Assembly (NCBI GenBank): GCA_014728035.1
Contig: WJMJ01000138.1
Location: forward strand, 1 to 26,871
Source of the DNA: Promethearchaeota archaeon
GTDB taxonomy: Archaea > Asgardarchaeota > Thorarchaeia > Thorarchaeales > Thorarchaeaceae
Direction of reading: 5' to 3'
Length of the DNA: 26,871 nucleotides
The notes beneath the pieces are model-generated. The model was given only the letters and a program-made list of their open reading frames with translations, ran no database searches and had not been told where the DNA came from. Shown here in pieces: positions 1 through 8,797 of this stretch; positions within the stretch are counted from its first letter, which is position 1; every line of letters starts with the position of its first letter. Made by a program: the position numbers and the translations under genes.

Positions 1-1368
1 ATCCTCTGCAGTAATAGGAGTACCATCGGTCCAGGTTGCGTTCTGGATCATATTGAAGGTAAACCTAGTGTGACCATCAGGTACTGCTGGGTTGTCGTCA
101 TGGGTCTCAGTTGTGAAGTCTTCACAGAGCCAGTTGATGTCATTGCCATCTGGGTCCAAAGTGATAAGACTATCCCAAAGCTGGTTATTGATGTTTGTTG
201 CATAGGTAGACGAGCTTGTCATGAAGTTGAAGGTGTCGATGTCTAGAGGATTGCTCCAGCGGAAAGTTCCACCAATCTCTTGACCAGCAGTCTTTCTGTG
301 AACCTTATAGTTGGTCCACCATCCAGGTACACCATCACTAACATCGTTGATATATCCCTCAAAAACATCGGTTCGATAAGCCGAGAGAAGAACGTTCTCA
401 TAACAGATGATCAGTGGACACTCAAATACCCAGATCTTCTGCATCTCTATAGCTGCTTCATATACCTCTTCAAAAGTGGTACCATAAAGAAGCTGATTTC
501 TCCAACTATCATATGAATCGTTTCTGAAGTTAGGGAAGTTCCAGTATGGTTCATCTGCATATTCTGACCAGTACTCATAAGCGAGCCAGTCAACATCAAA
601 TGTACTATAACCACCCCCAAGAAACACGATATCATAATCTAAGTGGAAGTAAAGACGGTTAAGATATTCATAGAAGTCCGTTGCGATTGAAGTTGCATCA
701 ATTTTTAATGCTCGAAGAGCCTCTGCAACTTTCTGACCTACTTCAACAGCAATCTCAGAAGATTGTGCACATTCTACGAGGATGTCAAAGTCTTCACCAT
801 TAGGTGCTTCCAACCAGTCATCATCGTCTACGTTTGCAAACCCAGCCTGAGCAAGTAGATTCTTACCCTTCTGTACGTTGGCTGCGTAGTAAGTATAAGG
901 CAATTGGCCTTCAATTGAGAATGGGTTCACCTGTGGCACACAGGAGTCCTGTGGTACTGATAGACTATCCCAAACTTGGTCCGAGATTGCGTTTTTATCT
1001 AGTGCAAAAGAAAGAGCTCGGCGGAAGGCTGTATAGTTAAGTGGGTACTTATCACAGTTTATTGTGACATATCCATATCCGTTTCGGAGTACATTTACGA
1101 CATCGATGTTTTCGTCCTCCTCCAATTGAGGAAGAAAACCTGGGTCAACCATGTCACCGATAAGATCGATTTCATCGTTTTGTAAAGCAAGTACTTGTGC
1201 ATCATCTCCTTCAATCACGTTGAAGACCAGTTTGTCAATGTAAGGCCCTGACTTTGCATGACCAGGAAGTCCATCCTGTGCAACGACAAGAGCTGGAGAA
1301 ACAGCCATTAACATGAATGCAAAGATAAAGAACACACCGAGTGCTCGCTTCTTTGTTCTATTTTTCAC
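1..1368 (-). CDS. ABC transporter substrate-binding protein, family 5 (peptide/nickel type); 3' end runs off the window
   Basis: Not in the ORF track. Manual translation from GTG at 1368 (GGTGA SD upstream) is open to position 1: MKNRTKKRALGVFFIFAFMLMAVSPALVVA signal peptide, SGPYIDKLVF, ALQNDEIDL, FRRALSFALDK, GGTFRWSNPLDIDTFN, WTDGTPITAED. Confidence 0.92.
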   Translation of the reverse strand, partial: MKNRTKKRALGVFFIFAFMLMAVSPALVVAQDGLPGHAKSGPYIDKLVFNVIEGDDAQVLALQNDEIDLIGDMVDPGFLPQLEEDENIDVVNVLRNGYGYVTINCDKYPLNYTAFRRALSFALDKNAISDQVWDSLSVPQDSCVPQVNPFSIEGQLPYTYYAANVQKGKNLLAQAGFANVDDDDWLEAPNGEDFDILVECAQSSEIAVEVGQKVAEALRALKIDATSIATDFYEYLNRLYFHLDYDIVFLGGGYSTFDVDWLAYEYWSEYADEPYWNFPNFRNDSYDSWRNQLLYGTTFEEVYEAAIEMQKIWVFECPLIICYENVLLSAYRTDVFEGYINDVSDGVPGWWTNYKVHRKTAGQEIGGTFRWSNPLDIDTFNFMTSSSTYATNINNQLWDSLITLDPDGNDINWLCEDFTTETHDDNPAVPDGHTRFTFNMIQNATWTDGTPITAED

Positions 1369-1979
1369 TTTTAAATCACCATGCGGCCGAGTCGAAAATC
1401 CGCAGAGTCAATAAAGACCCAAGAATGAAGGAGATTCCAGACATAATAAGCAGAAATGCACGATTATTTATTCGTAAAGATGACTATAGCCAAAAATGGT
1501 CATAGCGCATTATTTTGAGTGGGCAAATTCGTCCTATAGAATAGAAAATGACGCAAGATGAGATGCTATCTAATTCGTCATTGTCCTGAGGGAATTGCAA
1601 TCCAAGTTTCTTGTTGCAATGGCACCTGGATTTTAAACGTAATAGACAAGTAACACAAATTTATAACTAAGCTAGAAGGACCTAATAATACAAAATGAGG
1701 AACTATCAAGCACCTCATTTTGCAAATAGAGAGGTTCAGGTTGGTAAATCAACCTTGAACTATGGCTAACATATATTCTCCAAAATATGCTATTAAAGAA
1801 AAATCCACCAAGAAATATACGTAGAATTGGTTATAGGGGAATGCAATCATTCATCAAGCTAAATACAGACATATGTACATAATGAACCATTCTTAAAAGA
1901 ATTCATCATATTGGAGCGACTCGGAATTTTCGAGTGAATATCTTATCTCATCAGACACTAGAGATAATATCAGATAGAC

Positions 1980-2306
1980 ATGACAAGATACGACATCCAT
2001 TGGCGCGGCCCTTATACATATCGACAAGTGATTGAATCAGAAGGTTATGACTCAGCTGAACGAATATATGCGGTTGTTGAAATAATAGACAAAGAGATAA
2101 AACCAATATGTCTGGGAAGAGCAGTCAATCAATCGATTGCTGAAGCGCTTCAAAATCCAGATTGTGGGATAGATGATAGTAAAAAAGACAAGCTCTACTA
2201 CTATTTAGCCAAGATCATTCCAAAGGCAGCACGAAGAAGTTTTGGCTTCATCATTCGACACAAAGGAGAAGTGCCTCCATTGGTAAGAACACTGACTATT
2301 CCATGA
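1980..2306 (+). CDS. Small hypothetical protein, degenerate GIY-YIG-like
   Basis: 108-aa ORF; WRGPY...RIYAV...ICLGRA resembles GIY...YIG spacing. Confidence 0.6.
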   Translation: MTRYDIHWRGPYTYRQVIESEGYDSAERIYAVVEIIDKEIKPICLGRAVNQSIAEALQNPDCGIDDSKKDKLYYYLAKIIPKAARRSFGFIIRHKGEVPPLVRTLTIP

Positions 2307-3234
2307 ATTGGCTCTGTTTTTTTCTTGCCTGATTTATTTGTAGAAATAAGACACTACAGACAACTATCAGCAAACCAATCCAATCCATCAAATCAGGAAA
2401 CTCACCAAGAAATATCATCGATAGTACCACAATTTGAGGAAGCATAGTACTATTGAGAATGGAGATATCAACTGCACGAAGTGACTGCATCGCTTTATTC
2501 CAAATTGTAAATGCAATAGCTGTATTTACTACACTAAGCCAGAGGACCAAGAACCACGAAAGAAGACTTAGTTGAGTATATCCTTCCAATAGAAAACTAA
2601 GGAAGAGTAACAAAATAGACCCGAAGCCCATACTTAGACCAGTCACGACAACAGGAGGTGTAGTTGATGTACGGTTGATAGATCGTCCAATGATTGATGA
2701 GAGAGCATTAGCAATGACTCCAAAAATTACAATTATTACACCAATCATTTGAGTTGCAGGAAGTACCACAGGCCAGAAATATAGTAAAGCTCCAGAAACA
2801 CCTAGCAATATCCAACCAATCTGTTTCTTAGTGGGAACTTCACGAAGAAGTAAGATACCCATCACTAGTACCACAATCGGAGTGAGATTTAGTAACATAG
2901 AAACTGTTACAGCTGGTAGTAAGGATAACCCTAGGAATTGAGCTCCTTGGGTGATTGTAACAAAGATTATTCCATATACTACAAGTGAAAACCACCATTT
3001 ACGATTTTGCTGTCTTGCGCTTTTTCTAAGTTCTGGGCGAAGGTAAATCACACACAATAATATCATAGAAGCAATAGAGTATCGAAGACTGGAAAATGTA
3101 AGAGGTGGTATCTCTTGTAGTCCGAACTTGATAATAACCCATGACGATGACCACAATATGGTTACAAATACAGCCTGTCCTACGACAAGGTAATGACTTT
3201 TTTCATCTTCTGTTGTTTCAGATATCAAGCTCAT
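2296..3234 (-). CDS. EamA/DMT family transporter
   Basis: About 10 TM helices; LWSSSWVIIKFGL, PPLTFSSLRY, LLNLTPIVV...LLRE, FLGE motifs. Start moved to ATG 3234 to avoid overlap with the divergent gene. Confidence 0.93.
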   Translation of the reverse strand: MSLISETTEDEKSHYLVVGQAVFVTILWSSSWVIIKFGLQEIPPLTFSSLRYSIASMILLCVIYLRPELRKSARQQNRKWWFSLVVYGIIFVTITQGAQFLGLSLLPAVTVSMLLNLTPIVVLVMGILLLREVPTKKQIGWILLGVSGALLYFWPVVLPATQMIGVIIVIFGVIANALSSIIGRSINRTSTTPPVVVTGLSMGFGSILLLFLSFLLEGYTQLSLLSWFLVLWLSVVNTAIAFTIWNKAMQSLRAVDISILNSTMLPQIVVLSMIFLGEFPDLMDWIGLLIVVCSVLFLQINQARKKQSQFME

Positions 3235-3271
3235 CGCTGGATAATGCATGACTTTTTTACCAATTAGTATA

Positions 3272-3291
3272 GTGCCGTCATAGGACGGTAC
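3272..3291. promoter_or_regulatory. Inverted repeat in divergent promoter; candidate operator
   Basis: GTGCCGTC-ATAG-GACGGTAC (7/8 match) between the EamA and HTH regulator starts. Confidence 0.45.
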
Positions 3292-3296
3292 CGGAT

Positions 3297-3977
3297 TTGA
3301 TTGTCCAAAGCACAATAGGAATCAGCTCCACAGATTATTACTCATGTGAACTCACAAGCAGAATCCCAGTCAAGGTGTCAATTCTAACAATAAATGGAAA
3401 CACTGGATTCGGAATTGTGGAATCAGAAAAAGGAGAGGAACCACTAATCCAATATGTGGAAGAACTGAGTGAATCACCCAGTATTGTAAATGTTGAAGTT
3501 TCACACAAGTCTGAACAGATGTATTGGACAAAAGTAGTTCATCATCTTAATGAAGAATCAATCTATGAAAGAATTCTGTCGAGTGGATGTATGTCAAGAC
3601 TCCCAATTCTAATTGAGAAGGGAATACAATATCATGTAATCTTTGCCCCATCTCAAAATACTCTCAGAAAACTCATACACACATTGAGAGACAGATACGA
3701 TAGTGTCAAAATACATCGAAGATTTCGTGTACCAAAATATCCCTTCTATTCTAGTCTCACGGAGAAACAAAAAGAAGCATTCGCATTAGCATATTTCTCA
3801 GGATATTACGAGATGCCAAGAAAAGCAAAGATTTCAGATCTAGCAAGAAAGATTGGAATCAAGCGAGTTGCTATGCAAGAACGATTGCGCCGAGTAGAAA
3901 AACAAGCAATGACAATGTTTGCATTAGACGTTTTAAGATTAAGAAAGAATGAGAGCAGAGAAAAATCTCTACTCTAA
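3297..3977 (+). CDS. Archaeal transcriptional regulator with C-terminal HTH_10 (bacterio-opsin activator type) domain
   Basis: [35 protein letters not shown]...ERLRRVE is the HTH_10 signature. Confidence 0.9.
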   Translation: MIVQSTIGISSTDYYSCELTSRIPVKVSILTINGNTGFGIVESEKGEEPLIQYVEELSESPSIVNVEVSHKSEQMYWTKVVHHLNEESIYERILSSGCMSRLPILIEKGIQYHVIFAPSQNTLRKLIHTLRDRYDSVKIHRRFRVPKYPFYSSLTEKQKEAFALAYFSGYYEMPRKAKISDLARKIGIKRVAMQERLRRVEKQAMTMFALDVLRLRKNESREKSLL

Positions 3978-5975
3978 AAGTTTTCGTGCTCGTTCTAGCA
4001 CATTTTCAACACTGAAGCCAAGTCGACGGAACAATTCGTCTGAGGGAGCTGATACCCCAAATTCATCAATGGAGATGATATCACCTTGGTCACCTACCCA
4101 TTGGTGCCATCCAAGACATCTACCAGCTTCAACAGCAATTCTCTTTGTAACAGAGGGGGGGAAGACTGAATCACGATAGTTTTTGCTTTGTTGTTTAAAT
4201 AATTCCCAGCTTGGGAATGATACCAAACGAACAGCAATGCCTTCTTTTGCCAGAATCTGGCCTGCTTCAGTAATCAGATGTACTTCTGAACCCGTAGCCA
4301 TCAGGATGATGTCAGGATTATCACCACCCAAATCAGCAAGAACATAGGCGCCCTTGTGTAATTCTTTAGCAGAGGTGTACACTGAACGATCAATGATGGG
4401 TACTTTCTGTCTGGTCATCGAAACAAGTGTTGGACCCGTTCTTCGCAAGATAGCAGCTTTCCAAGCCTCAACTACCTCATTTGCATCATTGGGACGAATT
4501 ACTACCAAATCAGGTATAGCACGAAGGCTAGCAAGATGTTCAATAGGTTGATGTGTAGGTCCATCCTCACCAAGACCAATACTATCATGTGTGAATAACC
4601 ATATACTGGGATGGCTTGATAGAGCGGATAAACGAATAGAAGGACGCATATAATCTGAAAACATCATAAATGTTGCAGAATAGGGCATGATACCTCCATG
4701 AGCTGCCATTCCATTTACAATTCCACCCATAGCATGCTCACGTACTCCAAAGTGAATATTACGCCCTTCAGGACTGTCACGTTGGAAGGATACACTCTCT
4801 TTAATCCATGTCTTGTTAGAGGGGGTTAGATCAGCTGAGCCACCCATAAGCTCAGGAAGAATTGAAGCTAGTGCGTTAATCACATCTCCAGAAGCGTTGC
4901 GAGTGGCAACTCCTTTTGAATCAGCACCATATGAGGGGAGTTGCTTTTCCCATCCATCTGGTAGTTCACCAGCCAATCGACGTTTAAGCTCCTTTGCTAA
5001 ATCAGGATGGTCTTGTGCATAATTTTCCATTCTCTTTACCCATTCAGTCTCAAGGGTTTTTCCACGTTGAATTGAAGTACGGAAGTGTTCTTTCACATCT
5101 TCGGGAATGAGAAAACGAGGTTTGACTGGCCATCCGACCAGCTCTTTGGCAGTATCCAATTCCTCATCACCAGCAGGAGCACCATGAGAAGATGCGGAAT
5201 CCTGTTTTGTTGGAAGCCCCAACCCGATATGAGTATGACAATCGATAAGAGAAGGTCTCGGATCTTTCTGTGCTGCTATGATAGCATCTGTAACAGCATC
5301 TATATCATCTCCGTCTTTGACATCTTGGAAGTGCCAACCGACACTCTCGAAACGACTTTTATGATCGTCACTAAACGTCAAATCTGTACTTCCATCAATT
5401 GAGATTTGATTGTCATCATATAGAAAGATAAGCTTGCCCAATCCAAGATGACCTGCAAGTGAAGTTGCCTCATAGGAGATTCCTTCCATAAGATCCCCAT
5501 CTGAAACAATAGCATATGTATAATGGTCAATCACATCATGATTAGGCCTATTGAATACCTTTGCAAGATGTTTCTCTGCAATAGCCATTCCCACTGCATT
5601 GCCAACTCCCTGGCCAAGAGGTCCGGTGGTTACCTCAATACCAGGAGTACGACAACATTCAGGGTGGCCTGGAGTTTTACTCTCCCATTGTCTAAAATCC
5701 TTGATTTCATCAAGCGAAAGGTCGTAACCAGTGAGATGCAATAGGGAATAAAGTAGCATCGAACCATGTCCGGCAGATAGTATGAATCGATCTCGATTTG
5801 GCCATGAAGGATTAGCGGGATTGTGGCGTAACTGTTTCATCCATAACGCATATGCCATGGATGCAGCACCCATTGGCATACCTGGATGTCCGGAGTTAGC
5901 AGCCTGAACGGCATCAGCCGATAAAAATCGGATTGTGTGTAATGCACGATTGAGAAGGTCCTTTGAAATTGACAT
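3969..5975 (-). CDS. tkt: Transketolase (single-chain)
   Basis: [73 protein letters not shown]. Confidence 0.99.
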   Translation of the reverse strand: MSISKDLLNRALHTIRFLSADAVQAANSGHPGMPMGAASMAYALWMKQLRHNPANPSWPNRDRFILSAGHGSMLLYSLLHLTGYDLSLDEIKDFRQWESKTPGHPECCRTPGIEVTTGPLGQGVGNAVGMAIAEKHLAKVFNRPNHDVIDHYTYAIVSDGDLMEGISYEATSLAGHLGLGKLIFLYDDNQISIDGSTDLTFSDDHKSRFESVGWHFQDVKDGDDIDAVTDAIIAAQKDPRPSLIDCHTHIGLGLPTKQDSASSHGAPAGDEELDTAKELVGWPVKPRFLIPEDVKEHFRTSIQRGKTLETEWVKRMENYAQDHPDLAKELKRRLAGELPDGWEKQLPSYGADSKGVATRNASGDVINALASILPELMGGSADLTPSNKTWIKESVSFQRDSPEGRNIHFGVREHAMGGIVNGMAAHGGIMPYSATFMMFSDYMRPSIRLSALSSHPSIWLFTHDSIGLGEDGPTHQPIEHLASLRAIPDLVVIRPNDANEVVEAWKAAILRRTGPTLVSMTRQKVPIIDRSVYTSAKELHKGAYVLADLGGDNPDIILMATGSEVHLITEAGQILAKEGIAVRLVSFPSWELFKQQSKNYRDSVFPPSVTKRIAVEAGRCLGWHQWVGDQGDIISIDEFGVSAPSDELFRRLGFSVENVLERARKLLE

Positions 5976-5980
5976 TGGTA

Positions 5981-6040
5981 GGTCAGTCTTTGGAGTAGAA
6001 CGGTCCTTGAAAAAGGTAAGCCTTCGCGAATTACCTGACC
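5981..6040 (-). promoter_or_regulatory. Putative tkt promoter with nested inverted repeats
   Basis: Minus-strand TTTTTCAAGG ~30 nt upstream of the ATG; AGGTAA(6014-19)/TTACCT(6031-36), TTCGCGAA palindrome, GGTCAG(5981-86)/CTGACC(6035-40). Confidence 0.35.
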
Positions 6041-6130
6041 ATATAATTCACGAAATATATTAGAAAAGGGATGCATTTCATTTAGAGGCCTTGTATATCG
6101 TAGAATCAATCATTTAATGTATATGATGAT

Positions 6131-7006
6131 TTAAAATACACATGCTGATGCAGAATCCCCATCATACTCGCTATCATCTAAAGGCATTCCAAGTGCGTCT
6201 CGTATTGCATTATGCATGGTTTCTCGCGTATCAGAAGAGAGTGCATCAATGGCACACAGTTCAATAGTAGGAATCCCCAATATGGATTCAACTCGAGAGC
6301 CAGTCAGTGCCTGAGGGAGATCTTGTTTGTTTGCGACACCTAATAATGCTGCATCTGGTGCTGATTTTCTGACAAGTGAGAGCATCTTTTTCGACCAGAG
6401 TGTGCTTCGAAGACTACTATCTGTGATATTGATTACCAGACTGGACCCCGAAAGATATCTTGGCCAAATACTACTGAATCTACTCTGGCCACCTATATCC
6501 CAAAGGACGAGACCACGATTTGGACCAAATATGCCTTCTGGTACCATTTTCACCTCAACTCCGATAGTGGCATTATGAACGAGAGGAATTCGATCTCTCA
6601 TTATGAGACAACTGATAGTTGTCTTTCCAACTGCAGGTAATCCAAAGAGGGAAATTTTGATAGACATCTCATATACATTCTCGATGATAACTTGAGAGAT
6701 TTCACAAAGTCTTCCTTGACGAATCAGAGGAACTATCCGTTCTCTCAATTTTTGGCAGGTTCTAGTGAGACTGACTTCACTATCTGAACGTTCAGCAATA
6801 ATTATCAAAGTCACATATTCAGAAACCAAATAGCAGATTGTGAAATCACCAAGTACTGAACATTCAATCTCAGATGTGGCAGAGTGAATCATTCTAAACA
6901 TCACATGTGAGAATCTATCAGTATCACAATCTGATAGAACTCTACCAGTTTTCTGAGATACCATTAGGTTACCGCTTGCGTCATAGACAAATACTGCTTG
7001 TATCAT
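6131..7006 (-). CDS. Small Ras-superfamily (Arf/Rab-like) GTPase with N-terminal longin-like domain
   Basis: G1 GLPAVGKTT, G2 ATIG, G3 WDIGGQ, G4 NKQD, G5 CAI. N-terminus MIQAVFVYDASGNLMVSQ is longin/AP-sigma-like. Start set at ATG 7006. Confidence 0.88.
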   Translation of the reverse strand: MIQAVFVYDASGNLMVSQKTGRVLSDCDTDRFSHVMFRMIHSATSEIECSVLGDFTICYLVSEYVTLIIIAERSDSEVSLTRTCQKLRERIVPLIRQGRLCEISQVIIENVYEMSIKISLFGLPAVGKTTISCLIMRDRIPLVHNATIGVEVKMVPEGIFGPNRGLVLWDIGGQSRFSSIWPRYLSGSSLVINITDSSLRSTLWSKKMLSLVRKSAPDAALLGVANKQDLPQALTGSRVESILGIPTIELCAIDALSSDTRETMHNAIRDALGMPLDDSEYDGDSASACVF

Positions 7007-7069
7007 AAGGGGATGTCCTATGTTTTGATACAACACAATACAATGGTGAAAAAGGATAATATTTGCTAA

Positions 7070-7999
7070 TTATTTCAGAATAATGGGAGAATTCAATTCT
7101 TTGAGGGTTTTGTTTGCTTCTCTTTTGATTTTTCCAAGTATATGGGATGACTTTGTATCTAATGATTTTTCTAAATACGATTCACAACGTTGCACCAAAT
7201 CACTGAGATGTTTAGTTGGTTGTTTGGCTCGTTCGCCCCAATCCCATACACTACACCATTTCTTTCCTAACCATTCGCCATAGGCATTCTTTGCTAGCTG
7301 TAAATTTTTTTCAGTGCTGATAGTATGAGGATTCAGCCAAGGCATATCAGTCCCATTTTCTTCCACTCCAAAAATAGCGTTACTGAAGAAAACATAGAGA
7401 GGAACATCAATACTATCGGCTAATTCCTTCAGACGTTCTGCCCCATCAATCCCACCAGCAATAGAAAATACAATTAATGCTTTGATATCATCACGTTGAT
7501 TCAGAGTAGTTTTCAGAATTTTGATGATAGTTCCCCCAGTTGCAATCGTGTCTCCAATCAGTATTACCGATTCAGGATTTAGCGCTTCAAAATTCTCATA
7601 TGCTAATTTTGTCTTCCAACCCGATTCGGAAAGATATCTCTTAGCACCAACAAAACAACGATTTATGGTTTCACCAAATACATCCTCGAAAGCCTCAGCC
7701 ATGCTATAATAGAGTGCACCTGCTAGAGGTACCACCTCAGAGATATGGGCATAGCTCGACACCCGAATTTCATCAGCAATAAAATACATGGTTCGTAGAA
7801 AATCAGTACTACATTTCCTCGCAAGATTAGCAAGTTCAGCTCCAACAATCCAAGGTTTAAGAAGAATCTCAAGACCACTTGGAGATTCAAGTAAATAGGT
7901 CTGATGATGAAAACGGTCATCATCTACACGATATACATTCAATCGAGCATGTGTGGAGATTTCTTTCAATTCAGTACGATAATATGAACACATGGTCAT
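7070..7999 (-). CDS. Type I phosphoribosyltransferase-fold protein (UPRT-like), substrate unknown
   Basis: PRPP-binding loop VILIGDTIATGGT; late DWGER recalls the UPRT GDxG motif. Confidence 0.75.
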   Translation of the reverse strand: MTMCSYYRTELKEISTHARLNVYRVDDDRFHHQTYLLESPSGLEILLKPWIVGAELANLARKCSTDFLRTMYFIADEIRVSSYAHISEVVPLAGALYYSMAEAFEDVFGETINRCFVGAKRYLSESGWKTKLAYENFEALNPESVILIGDTIATGGTIIKILKTTLNQRDDIKALIVFSIAGGIDGAERLKELADSIDVPLYVFFSNAIFGVEENGTDMPWLNPHTISTEKNLQLAKNAYGEWLGKKWCSVWDWGERAKQPTKHLSDLVQRCESYLEKSLDTKSSHILGKIKREANKTLKELNSPIILK

Positions 8000-8056
8000 T
8001 CTCCAAAAGAGTAGATTTGGAAATACTCAACTACTCATATGAACTGGAAAGTATGC

Positions 8057-8770
8057 TTACTTATCCGTATTGGTTTTTTTCTTCAATTCCCAAAGAGTAT
8101 TAACATACTTTTTGACGATATCAAGACCTTTATTGAGACTGTATTGATATTTCTGACGGCCCCATTTACTTGTCGATGTTCTACGTTTTACAATTCCAAG
8201 AGTCAGAAATCGCTTGATGACATTATTTCGGCCATAGAGTGCCTTTTTTGGCACATTTGCCAGCTCCATCAACTGATTCTTATTACGCCATCCACCTAAA
8301 AGATATGGTTCCTTTCCCAAATTAACAGGACCATCTTCAATCATAGCCTCTGCAAGAGCACGGAATATAGCCAATTCAACAGGCAACAGATATGTGCTAA
8401 GATACTTGTGAATATCTTGTAACTCAGACCGTTGACTTGCATAGTCAATTATTTTCTGTACTACTTCAGACTCATAATCTTTAGATTCTCGAAGTTCCTC
8501 AAGCTCCTGAGTTGTTATGAAATTGTCTTCAGCAACGATTGCATGAGGAATATCTACTAAATTGCCCTCGTAACGATTAATCACCAAATAGCTTGAGATT
8601 GCACCACCAATAAGTGCAAGAACAACAAGTAATAGAATTTCAGTAAGCAGTCCTAGTTGCAATAGTGTCCCTCTTACTTTTGCTAGGGGAATAGAAACAT
8701 ATCTCTTTCGCCATATTAGAGTTAAATCAATAAGAAGAGCGGAAGATGGAAATAGAAACAATACCATCAC
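8057..8770 (-). CDS. Membrane-anchored winged-helix (TrmB-like) protein; true start may be TTG 8662
   Basis: TM segment ILLLVVLALIGGAISSYLVI; C-terminal NQLMELANVPKKALY...FLTLGIVKR...GRQKYQYSL wHTH pattern. Confidence 0.65.
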   Translation of the reverse strand: MMVLFLFPSSALLIDLTLIWRKRYVSIPLAKVRGTLLQLGLLTEILLLVVLALIGGAISSYLVINRYEGNLVDIPHAIVAEDNFITTQELEELRESKDYESEVVQKIIDYASQRSELQDIHKYLSTYLLPVELAIFRALAEAMIEDGPVNLGKEPYLLGGWRNKNQLMELANVPKKALYGRNNVIKRFLTLGIVKRRTSTSKWGRQKYQYSLNKGLDIVKKYVNTLWELKKKTNTDK

Positions 8771-8797
8771 TAAAGGTACTATTAGCAGGTATGAACA

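Noticed and set aside
280-1040. ORFs 280-516, 447-635 and 804-1040 from the track
   Set aside because: Shadow ORFs of the long minus-strand solute-binding protein gene.
1695-1769. 24-aa ORF MRNYQAPHFANREVQVGKSTLNYG with a P-loop-like VGKST
   Set aside because: Too short, lacks the first Walker A Gly and has no flanking ATPase remnants; likely chance.
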